The position numbers and the translations under genes are program-made. The notes beneath the pieces were generated by a model that was given only the letters and a program-made list of their open reading frames with translations, searched no databases and was not told the DNA's origin. Positions 55,261-64,000 of a stretch of DNA of 64,000 nucleotides are shown in pieces. Position 1 is the first letter of the stretch, and each line of letters begins with the position of its first letter. The DNA is from an uncultured Verrucomicrobiota bacterium (GTDB taxonomy: Bacteria > Verrucomicrobiota > Verrucomicrobiia > Opitutales > Opitutaceae), in NCBI GenBank assembly GCA_903906135.1, contig CAIVJE010000114.1, positions 78-64,077 on the forward strand. The letters run 5' to 3'.

Positions 55261-58110
55261 TTAAGGTTGCAGCGCTTCAGCGCACCGCGGGCAAATTTCT
55301 CCTCCCGTGGAGGGCGTAAGAGTGGCAACCCATCGCCAGCAGCGCGGGCAGCGAACTAAACCTTCTTCCCGCGCATGTCGAGCTACGAGGTTTAGACTGC
55401 TGGTGGCGTGGGCCACCAGGGTGACGTGAGAAACGATAAATAATTCAGGGAGGAAATTGCGGTGCTTTTCCGCGATGACCAAGTTCGGGTCATCAGCGGT
55501 GCTGGTCACGGTGAGAACCGCATCCAGGGCTTTACCGATCGTACCGGCTTGGCGCAGGGGTTCGAGCGTCTCGTTCACCTTAGTGCGGAGCTGTAATAAA
55601 GTGCTCATATCCGACTCGATGCCGGCATCGCGCCAGCCGACGGGAATCGCGGGCCAGTCCTGCAAGTGAATGGAATCAGGCGAGAATTCCTGACCCGTTG
55701 TGCCGAAATTCCAGGCTTCATCAGCGGTGAAGGTGAGGAAGGGCGCCAGCAGCTTCACGAGACTTTGAAAAATATGGTGGAGGGCGGTTTGCGCTGAGCG
55801 CCGCAAGGGATGGTTAGTGCCGAGCGTGTACAACCGATCCTTCAGTACGTCGTGATAAGTGGCCGAGAGAGTTACCGCACAAAATTGATTACAGAGTTGG
55901 TAGACGCGGTGAAATTCATAGGCATCGTAAGCTTTCGTGCATTCAGCAATCAGCCCAGCGGTTTGGTGGAGCGCCCACCGATCAAGGAGATCCATTTGCG
56001 CGAGAGGAACCGCATTCAGGTCCGCGGCAAAGTCGAAGAGGTTAGAGAGCTGGAAACGAAAAGTATTCCGGAATAGCCGATAGGCTTCGCCGACATTCTT
56101 TAGGATTTCGTCATCAACGGGAATGTCATCACGGAAATCCTGCGAGGCAATCCAGAGCCGAATGACATCGGCACCATGCTGCGCGATATAAGCATCTGCG
56201 GTCTGAGGTTTTTGATAGGTGCTGCTCTTCGAGATTTTTTGCCGATCTTTGTCGACGATAAAGCCGTGGGTGAGGACTGCCTTGTAGGGTGCGCTGCCCC
56301 AAGCAATCACGCTGCACCAGAGCGATGATTGAAACCAACCGCGGTGTTGGTCGCTGCCTTCGAGGTAAAGATCGGCCGGCCACTGGGTGCCACCTTGGCC
56401 ACGTTTAAGTACGGCGGATTGCGTTGAACCTGAGTCAATCCAGACATCTAAGGTATCGCGCCCGCAGCTCAGTTCACTGGGTGCCGGCCACGTTGCGGGG
56501 AGCGTCACCCCTTCGAGAATCTGCGCGGGGGTGGCATCGTACCAAAAATTAGTTCCCCGTTGAGCGACTTTGTCGGCGACGGCTCGCGCGACGCCGGCAT
56601 CGAGAAAGGCTTTTTTGTGGGCATCGTAAAACGCGGGAATCGGCACACCCCACGAGCGTTGTCGGCTGATGCACCAGTCAGGTCGCGACTCGACGGCGCC
56701 GCGAATGCGGGCTTCACCCCAAGCGGGAATCCAGCCTTGGGCGGCAGCAATCTTGGTGATTTCAGCCAGCGCAGTTTGTCGCATGTTATTTTTATCGAGC
56801 GAAACAAACCATTGATCCACGGCGCGGAAAATAATGGGCGTCTTGGAGCGCCAGCAATGCGGGTAACTGTGCGCGTATTTTACTTTGGCCAAGAGCGCGC
56901 CGGCGGCCGCGAGTTTTTTAAGTACGCCAAGATTAGCGGGGGCAGGACGTTTTGCGGCGAGATCCTCGACCGTCTCAAGTGTGGTCAGGCCGACCAAATC
57001 TGCGGGGACCTTGCCGTCGTCGAGGTATTTGCCGTCATCACCAACGGGGCAGTAAATTTCTAATTTGTATTTTAGTCCCGTAAGATAGTCATCCGCGCCA
57101 TGGCCCGGGGCAGTGTGCACTGCACCTGTGCCGCTTTCGGTTGTGACGTAGTCGGCGAGGACGACGGGTGAGGCGCGATCGATGAAGGGATGGCGCGGTT
57201 GGAGGTGCTCAAGTTTGGCCCCAGGTATAGTCAGCACGACCGCGGGCATGGGCTCGATTTTAGCCGCCACCGCGACTGCGCCGAGGAGCGCGGCGGCGAC
57301 GATCAGGCGTTCTGTCCCGGTATCTGCCACGACGTAGTCAACGTCCGGATGCAGGGCGATCGCCATGTTTGCTGGGATCGTCCATGGGGTGGTCGTCCAG
57401 ATAACGACGAAGAGTGGTTTGTCAGTTGGCAGGCCGAATTTTGTCGCTTCGGCAGTTGGGACAGAAAATTTTACCCAAATCGCAATCGAGGTATGATCTT
57501 TATATTCAATCTCAGCTTCCGCTAACGCCGTTTCGAAGGGAATGGACCAATAGACTGGTTTCTTGCTGCGGTAGACGAGCCCTTGTTCAATGAACGCCGC
57601 AAACGTACGCATGATGTCCGCTTCAAAAGCGGGGGCCTTGGTCTTGTACTCGTTTTGCCAATCAGCGAGTACCCCCATGCGTTTGAACTGTGCGGTCTGT
57701 TTAGCGATCCAGCTTTCCGAAAAGGCATCGCACTGCGCGCGCAACTCAGCCGTCGTTACGGTCTGTTTTTTTTCCTGCAATTCGCGGGCAACTTTTTGCT
57801 CAATCGGTAGGCCATGACAATCCCAGCCCGGCACGTATGGCGTGCGAAAGCCGCGCATGGATTTATAGCGATTAACGATATCCTTGAGCGTTTTATTGAG
57901 GGCGGTGCCAATGTGGACGTCCCCGTTGGTAAACGGCGGGCCGTCATGGAGAATAAAAGCAGGGGCCGTCGCGCGCTTAGCCTGGATCGCTTGGTAAAGG
58001 CCGTTTTTTTCCCAGTAGGCCACTCGTGCTGGTTCACGCTGCACCAGATTTGCCCGCATGGGAAAATCAGTTTTGGGTAACAGGAGAGTGTCTTTGAGAT
58101 CTTGCGCCAT
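55261..58110 (-). CDS. ileS: isoleucine--tRNA ligase
   Basis: It has PPFTNGDVHIGTALN (the HIGH region), KISKS and C-terminal CPRCWRW...CPRC zinc motifs. ATG 58110 (MAQDLKDTLLLPKTDFPMRANL) is preferred over 58155. Confidence 0.95.
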   Translation of the reverse strand: MAQDLKDTLLLPKTDFPMRANLVQREPARVAYWEKNGLYQAIQAKRATAPAFILHDGPPFTNGDVHIGTALNKTLKDIVNRYKSMRGFRTPYVPGWDCHGLPIEQKVARELQEKKQTVTTAELRAQCDAFSESWIAKQTAQFKRMGVLADWQNEYKTKAPAFEADIMRTFAAFIEQGLVYRSKKPVYWSIPFETALAEAEIEYKDHTSIAIWVKFSVPTAEATKFGLPTDKPLFVVIWTTTPWTIPANMAIALHPDVDYVVADTGTERLIVAAALLGAVAVAAKIEPMPAVVLTIPGAKLEHLQPRHPFIDRASPVVLADYVTTESGTGAVHTAPGHGADDYLTGLKYKLEIYCPVGDDGKYLDDGKVPADLVGLTTLETVEDLAAKRPAPANLGVLKKLAAAGALLAKVKYAHSYPHCWRSKTPIIFRAVDQWFVSLDKNNMRQTALAEITKIAAAQGWIPAWGEARIRGAVESRPDWCISRQRSWGVPIPAFYDAHKKAFLDAGVARAVADKVAQRGTNFWYDATPAQILEGVTLPATWPAPSELSCGRDTLDVWIDSGSTQSAVLKRGQGGTQWPADLYLEGSDQHRGWFQSSLWCSVIAWGSAPYKAVLTHGFIVDKDRQKISKSSTYQKPQTADAYIAQHGADVIRLWIASQDFRDDIPVDDEILKNVGEAYRLFRNTFRFQLSNLFDFAADLNAVPLAQMDLLDRWALHQTAGLIAECTKAYDAYEFHRVYQLCNQFCAVTLSATYHDVLKDRLYTLGTNHPLRRSAQTALHHIFQSLVKLLAPFLTFTADEAWNFGTTGQEFSPDSIHLQDWPAIPVGWRDAGIESDMSTLLQLRTKVNETLEPLRQAGTIGKALDAVLTVTSTADDPNLVIAEKHRNFLPELFIVSHVTLVAHATSSLNLVARHAREEGLVRCPRCWRWVATLTPSTGGEICPRCAEALQP

Positions 58111-58184
58111 AGGAATAAAGGCGCGGCAGGCTACCCAACCAAGGGGGGTAGTCAAGTGGCTAGACGGGGCACTCTAACGGGCGC

Positions 58185-59567
58185 TTATTTTGACAGAAAA
58201 TCGCTGGCTTTCTTGGCCATTTTTTCACCCGATTTAAGACAATCCTGGAGGGAAATCCCATCGCGAACGTTGCCGCCAATGAAAAGACCGGCATGGGCCT
58301 CTTCGATTTGGTCGAGGGCAGTCAGATAGCGTTCATAACCGATACTATATTGGGGGATAGCCCGAGGCCAGTAGGTATGTTTTACGAATTGAGGCGGAGT
58401 GGTAATCCCCACGAGCTCTCGTAAATCTAGGCCGATGCGAGCGAGGAGCTCGTCGGTGTTGAGTTGCGCGATGTCTGGTTGACGCAAGCCTCCGGCAAAG
58501 ACGGTTAGCCCGATGTGGCCAGCGGGGGCACGTGCGGGGAAGAGGGTCGAAGAAAATAAAATGCCGAGCACGGAGCGATGTTCCACGGCCGGCACGAGCC
58601 CGCCGAAGCCGTCCAACGCATGGCCCACTTGTTCGCGTCGGTAGCCGAGAAAAAGCGATGAAACTGGGGGTTGGGTAATCTCGTTGAGGAGGGCGAGGGG
58701 GCGTGCCGCCGCCGGTCCAAAAGAGAGTTGCGCCAAGCTGGTGGCGGGCAGGGCGAGGAGCACGAGATCAAATTCCGCCGTGTGGGCTGCGCCCAATTGC
58801 TGCCAATTGAGCCGGTGGGGCCGACCAGGCTGGATGGACTCGAGGGTTGCGTTAAGGTGGATTGCCCCCGCCGGTAACTTTGCCGCGAGGGTGTCGGTGA
58901 GGGTTTGTAGTCCCCCTTTGAAAGAAACGATGGGGGCGGCACCTGATTCACCGCGGGCCTTTTTAGCCTTAGCGTTGGCCAGCATGCCGCGGAGCAGGGA
59001 ACCGTGGGAGCGTTCGGCCTCCCACAAAGCGGGAAAGGCGTGGCGAACGGAGAGTTTTTCCGGATCTCCCGCATAAATACCGGCGATCAGTGGGTTGAGG
59101 GCGTAGTCGACTAATTCTTGCGTAAAATGTGAACGCACTAATTCCGCCAAACTCACATCAGTCGGACGCACCTGCGCGCGCTTGAGCATTTCGGAGAAAA
59201 TTGCGCATTTCGTTCGAAAGGAAAATAGGGGTGTGCGGAAAAAAGAAAGTGGCGACATCGGCACGGGGACAAATTTCCCGCCGCGCACAATAAATCGTTT
59301 TTTAGCAGCGGCATTGGCGATTTGTAGATCGGCTTCAAGACCGACATCTTTGATTAATTGGCGGACCTCATTGGAGCCCAATTGGAGAGAGTTCGGGCCG
59401 CCCTCGATCACATAGCCATTCTCGCGCAGCGTTCGGATCGCGCCACCCGTTTGGGGCGATTGTTCAAATACTTTTACGGTATAACCCCGTTGGCTTAATC
59501 GGTAAGCTGCAGTTAGTCCGGTGATGCCGGCTCCGATAATCGCGATCGTGGGTGATGCTGGTGACAT
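58185..59567 (-). CDS. hemY: protoporphyrinogen/coproporphyrinogen III oxidase (HemY/CgoX family, FAD-dependent)
   Basis: 460-aa ORF with the N-terminal dinucleotide fold IAIIGAGITGLTAAYRL. It is clustered with hemE and hemF. Confidence 0.88.
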   Translation of the reverse strand: MSPASPTIAIIGAGITGLTAAYRLSQRGYTVKVFEQSPQTGGAIRTLRENGYVIEGGPNSLQLGSNEVRQLIKDVGLEADLQIANAAAKKRFIVRGGKFVPVPMSPLSFFRTPLFSFRTKCAIFSEMLKRAQVRPTDVSLAELVRSHFTQELVDYALNPLIAGIYAGDPEKLSVRHAFPALWEAERSHGSLLRGMLANAKAKKARGESGAAPIVSFKGGLQTLTDTLAAKLPAGAIHLNATLESIQPGRPHRLNWQQLGAAHTAEFDLVLLALPATSLAQLSFGPAAARPLALLNEITQPPVSSLFLGYRREQVGHALDGFGGLVPAVEHRSVLGILFSSTLFPARAPAGHIGLTVFAGGLRQPDIAQLNTDELLARIGLDLRELVGITTPPQFVKHTYWPRAIPQYSIGYERYLTALDQIEEAHAGLFIGGNVRDGISLQDCLKSGEKMAKKASDFLSK

Positions 59568-59644
59568 GGTGATGGTGGGTGGATTGGATTATACGCAGAG
59601 ATCAGATGACTGGCTGCGCATATCTTGCCCGTTACTGCGCCCAG

Positions 59645-60670
59645 CTATTGCCAATCGGTCACCGTTGAAACCAGCGCTTCCATGCACTCAATCTTGGCTT
59701 GCGGCATGATCCCGTGACCGAGATTGAAGATATGGCCGCGCGTGCCGCGCATGGTGTTTAACAAACGGGAGGTTTCGCGGCGGACGATCTCCGGCGTGGT
59801 GTTGAGCAGCACGGGGTCGAGGTTACCTTGGAGGGCGACATTGCTCGGCAAAAGTTTGCGCGCGATCCCGAGATCAATGGTCCAATCGACGCCGAGTACG
59901 CTGGCGCCGCTAAAGGCCTGATCGGTAAGTTGGGCGGGAGTGCCTTTGGCATAGAGAATCACGGGAAACCCCTTGGGCAGCGCTGCAATAATCGTGCGAA
60001 TCCAACGGAGGGAGGCGGCTTCGTAATCTTGGCCAGCGAGAATTCCGCCCCAAGAGTCAAAAATCTGAATCGCATCAACGCCCGCGCGGATTTGCATTTT
60101 AAAATAATCGATGAGCGCCGCCGTTAATTTTTCCATCAGCGCCTCAAAAAATGCGCGGTCTGAGTAAAAAATGGTTTTGCTGCGCTCGAAATTGTCCGCA
60201 CTGCCGCCTTCGAGCATGTACGTTGCAAGGGTCCAAGGGGAACCGCCAAAGCCCAAGAGGGCTTTTTCTCCTTTGAGTTCCGCTTTGACGCGCTCCAAGG
60301 CTTGGCCGACGTAAGCGAGGCGCTGGGTCACTCCCGTGCTATCGAGGCGAGCGAGTTGAGTGCGATCATCGAGTCGGAAATCCATCGCGATTCCCCCAGC
60401 GTCGCGAAATTTGTAGCCTTGGCCCATCGCCTCAGGAATGACCAAGATGTCGGAAAAAATAATGGCCGCATCGAGCGCGAATCGGCGGAGCGGTTGCAAG
60501 GTCACTTCCGCGGCCAGTTCCGGCGTTTTGACCATCTCCAAGAATGATGACTTGGCCTTCAGCGCTCGGTACTCAGGTAAATAGCGGCCCGCTTGGCGCA
60601 TGATCCAGACCGGTGGTCGGTCGAGCGGCTGACAGGAAGCGGCGGCAAGGAAACGTTCGCGGGAATTCAT
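59645..60670 (-). CDS. hemE: uroporphyrinogen decarboxylase
   Basis: 341-aa ORF with PVWIMRQAGRYLPEY and FSDILVIPEAMG motifs. Confidence 0.95.
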   Translation of the reverse strand: MNSRERFLAAASCQPLDRPPVWIMRQAGRYLPEYRALKAKSSFLEMVKTPELAAEVTLQPLRRFALDAAIIFSDILVIPEAMGQGYKFRDAGGIAMDFRLDDRTQLARLDSTGVTQRLAYVGQALERVKAELKGEKALLGFGGSPWTLATYMLEGGSADNFERSKTIFYSDRAFFEALMEKLTAALIDYFKMQIRAGVDAIQIFDSWGGILAGQDYEAASLRWIRTIIAALPKGFPVILYAKGTPAQLTDQAFSGASVLGVDWTIDLGIARKLLPSNVALQGNLDPVLLNTTPEIVRRETSRLLNTMRGTRGHIFNLGHGIMPQAKIECMEALVSTVTDWQ

Positions 60671-60700
60671 GTTTTTTAAAATGGAGGGCCGTGGTGAAAA

Positions 60701-61669
<969 letters not shown>

Positions 61670-61802
61670 TTAATCGTCCTTTGGTCGCACACAGGGTTTG
61701 ATAAAGATTTCCTCCGGCTTGACGCATCTGCTAGAGTGACTCCGCTTGACCTGTCCACGCGATGCGCGTTGAGGTAAAGTTGCCCCCTGTATTTATTGTA
61801 GC

Positions 61803-62528
61803 ATGAATTCCGCCGTCCTAACCACCATTGCCGCCACCGGCTTTACAGTCGCATTTTTTCATGCGGCGATCCCGACCCACTGGCTGCCTTTTGTCTTGGT
61901 GTCACGCGCCCGTCGTTGGAGTAGAGGTAAGACGTTTGCGGTCGCGATCTTTGCGGGGCTAGGGCACGTCGCGCTCACGAGTATCTTGGGGCTTGGGGTG
62001 GCTTGGTTCGGCTTTAAACTTGATGAACAAGTGGAGCAGCTATTTCCGCTACTGGCCGGAGGTGTCTTGCTGGTGATTGGGGCCTTCTATTTTTGGCGGC
62101 AATGGCGTGGTCACGGAGTTTTGCATCATCATTTGGTTGGCGGGCAGCATCAAGAAAGTGCGACCTGCGGCCATGAAGTGAACCATAGTCATTGGGAAGA
62201 TGAGCTCAAAGATAGCACCATGGTTTCGGATCGCGCGAGTGATTGGTCTGCCATCAGCGGTCTTTTCATGATGCTGACACTTTCCCCCTGCGAAGGCTTT
62301 CTGCCCGTATATTTGTCCGGGGTCCAGTTCGGCTGGCGGGGGTTTTTCGTGCTGAGTGCGATTTTGGCTCTGGGGACTTTGGCGGGTATGCTCGGCTTTA
62401 CTTGGCTGACTTTACTGGGTTTTGAGCGGTTCCGCCTGCAGCGGTTTGAGCGCTACGAAGCGGCCTTACTGGGGGCGATATTCACTGTTTTAGGGATTCT
62501 TTTGCTGGGATTTCAGCACAGTCACTGA
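61803..62528 (+). CDS. integral membrane protein with a His-rich loop; putative Ni/Co-type metal transporter (NicO/RcnA-like)
   Basis: 241 aa with about six TM helices, FHAAIPTHWLPF in TM1 and a central loop HGVLHHHLVGGQHQESATCGHEVNHSHWEDE. The family assignment is tentative. Confidence 0.45.
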   Translation: MNSAVLTTIAATGFTVAFFHAAIPTHWLPFVLVSRARRWSRGKTFAVAIFAGLGHVALTSILGLGVAWFGFKLDEQVEQLFPLLAGGVLLVIGAFYFWRQWRGHGVLHHHLVGGQHQESATCGHEVNHSHWEDELKDSTMVSDRASDWSAISGLFMMLTLSPCEGFLPVYLSGVQFGWRGFFVLSAILALGTLAGMLGFTWLTLLGFERFRLQRFERYEAALLGAIFTVLGILLLGFQHSH

Positions 62529-62638
62529 ACAAAATAAAGATCGCGGAACTGCCGCGCGCAGGCTGGGTCTTAATCAGCGAGGTCGTGGTGCTCATTCGCC
62601 TTTTTCCTCCAACTGAATACGTTTCGATTAATCAATTT

Positions 62639-63592
62639 ATGAAAATAAATTTCCCGGTAGTGAGAGTCGGATTGTGCTTGGGGCTGATTTATTTTTTGGC
62701 TGGTTGTGTCGCTGCCAATCCCGCCACGGCCGCGTGGTCGCAAGCGGCCAATTATGAAATTAAGGTGGTGGAGGCTTCTCGGCCGCACCCGCTCACCGCT
62801 GAAGAAAATCTGCAATTGCGTCAGTCGATCGTGGAGTTTTTGCAAGGGAGGGGCGCCCTTCAGCCCGGCGCCTACTATGTGCGCGTGAATTTTCCGCCGG
62901 AGAGCGAGGGGGGCGTGGGGGAGTATATGGTGGTCCAACTCACCGTGATCCCCACCGCCACGACTTACACCTATTTACCTTCATATTCGGCGGGCGGTTC
63001 GTTGGCCTATGAGCCCTATGATCCCCTTTATTTTAATTCGCCCTACGCAAGTTCCCCCCACTATCAGCAATTTGATTATCGCGCTGGTCGCTATTATCCC
63101 ACCTATCCGCGATATTCTGGTAGGCCGCGCTTTCCTCAAAGAGAACCAGAGCCGCGGCATTTTTCTGATCACCGGAGAAAGCCTGAGGAACGGCCCGAGC
63201 CTCATGATCGGAATTCACCGCCAGCCAAGCGTCATGCTGATCATGATCGTTCGCCTCCGGCCCCTAATCCTTCATCCCCCGAAGCAACGCGAACTCGGCC
63301 TAATGGCCCCTCGGGGCGGTCGGCTAATCCGCCGGCGGATAATCGCAAAATAACTCGGCCGCCAGCACCGCGAGGGGACAGTGCGCCTATCCCTAAATAT
63401 AATCCGACTCTTGGAAGATCGGAGGAGGTCCAACCAGAACGGCGGAGATCTGAGGTGCATCCTATGCCAATAGATAGATCGAGTGGGTCATCTTATTCTC
63501 TTCCGTCCCGCGATCGTTCTGGCTCTAAACCGGTCACGCCCGCGGTGCGTGATTCCGACAATGACGGTAAGAAGCGGCAGCAGCAAAACTAA
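62639..63592 (+). CDS. lipoprotein with a long Pro/Arg/Ser-rich low-complexity C-terminal region
   Basis: ATG 62639 gives MKINFPVVRVGLCLGLIYFLAGC, a signal peptide plus lipobox. About 90 aa are ordered, followed by about 200 aa of P/R/S/E-rich sequence. Confidence 0.55.
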   Translation: MKINFPVVRVGLCLGLIYFLAGCVAANPATAAWSQAANYEIKVVEASRPHPLTAEENLQLRQSIVEFLQGRGALQPGAYYVRVNFPPESEGGVGEYMVVQLTVIPTATTYTYLPSYSAGGSLAYEPYDPLYFNSPYASSPHYQQFDYRAGRYYPTYPRYSGRPRFPQREPEPRHFSDHRRKPEERPEPHDRNSPPAKRHADHDRSPPAPNPSSPEATRTRPNGPSGRSANPPADNRKITRPPAPRGDSAPIPKYNPTLGRSEEVQPERRRSEVHPMPIDRSSGSSYSLPSRDRSGSKPVTPAVRDSDNDGKKRQQQN

Positions 63593-63609
63593 GCCCGCGA
63601 GCTTAGTTT
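63585..63609 (+). terminator. terminator-like hairpin overlapping the lipoprotein stop codon
   Basis: AAAACTAAG-cccgcga-CTTAGTTTT forms a 9-bp stem whose 3' arm ends in TTTT. It lies between convergent genes. Confidence 0.45.
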
Positions 63610-63649
63610 TCTGAATGGTCGCGACCGTGTTGGTGCCGTCGCCTTAGTG

Positions 63650-64000
63650 GTTAAATTTGCTCGAGCGGAAGCTCGTGCAGCTGCAGCTCAGGATTTTTTT
63701 CTTTAAAATAACGGAGCGTCCAGTCGTTGGGAAATAGCGCAATCGGGTGCTGGAATTTATCGGTGCCAAAGCTGACGCCGGTAGCGACGATCAGGCGCGT
63801 GAAGTCGAAGCTTTTTCCGGGCAGTGGCGCGATGCTGGGCGAGAAAGAAATCCAGCGCAGCAGCGTCCAGGGAGTGGGGGTGAGACGTGATTCCGCATTG
63901 TATTCGGCTTTGAGGCGGTATTCGACGACCTCAAATTGTAACGGACCTACGGCCGCGAGGAGCGTTGCGCCTGAAGGAGCATTCTTGGCGGCGAAGGATT
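63650..64000 (-). CDS. prfC: peptide chain release factor 3, 3' end only (the gene continues beyond the window)
   Basis: Reverse-strand translation gives ...GPLQFEVVEYRLKAEYNAESRLTPTPWTLLRWI...FPNDWTLRYFKEKNPELQLHELPLEQI-stop (TAA at 63650-63652). This matches the conserved RF3 C-terminal LQFEVV..RL..EY segment. It is absent from the ORF track because its start lies outside the window. Confidence 0.75.

Overview
This 64-kb window looks like an ordinary chromosomal segment of a diderm bacterium, since it encodes TolC, an RND pump, LspA, an AsmA-like protein and a System II cytochrome c maturation pathway. GC content is moderately high. The taxon cannot be fixed from sequence alone; a PVC/Verrucomicrobiota-like origin is only a guess. 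About 50 genes are packed densely on both strands and most are housekeeping. They include ccsA/resB, a pxpBCA-DUF969-DUF979-pcp pyroglutamate operon, ychF, rpsP-trmD-rplS, tkt, a MarR-MFP-RND-TolC efflux operon and a large AsmA-like gene. Further along are an EF-G paralogue, an LplT-PlsC-Aas fusion, a GlcD-like oxidase, smc, a GAF-PilB-like ATPase, yraN, zwf-opcA and a two-polypeptide 2-oxoacid:ferredoxin oxidoreductase. The remainder are tyrS, a peroxiredoxin, acnA, trpB, yicC, ileS-dksA-like-lspA, hemF-hemE-hemY, a His-rich membrane protein, a Pro/Arg-rich lipoprotein and the 3' end of prfC. I found no rRNA, tRNA, CRISPR array, integrase or transposase. The one clearly accessory stretch is about 26.5-28.8 kb. 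It holds a decayed 3' remnant of an ABC-transporter ATPase gene, followed by a translationally coupled pair: a soluble ABC-type (AAA_21-like) ATPase and a small protein with Toprim-like E...DxD...E motifs. This pair resembles split-OLD/PARIS/DUF4276-type conflict modules and is my best candidate for an undescribed defence system. Its ATPase gene contains a G9 homopolymer. Other points worth a second look are a single in-frame TAG splitting the AsmA-like gene, an EF-G paralogue with all four G-motifs diverged, and a Cys-less DksA-like protein with a histone-H1-like tail. All coordinates, hairpins and motif positions were counted by hand, and no database search was possible.
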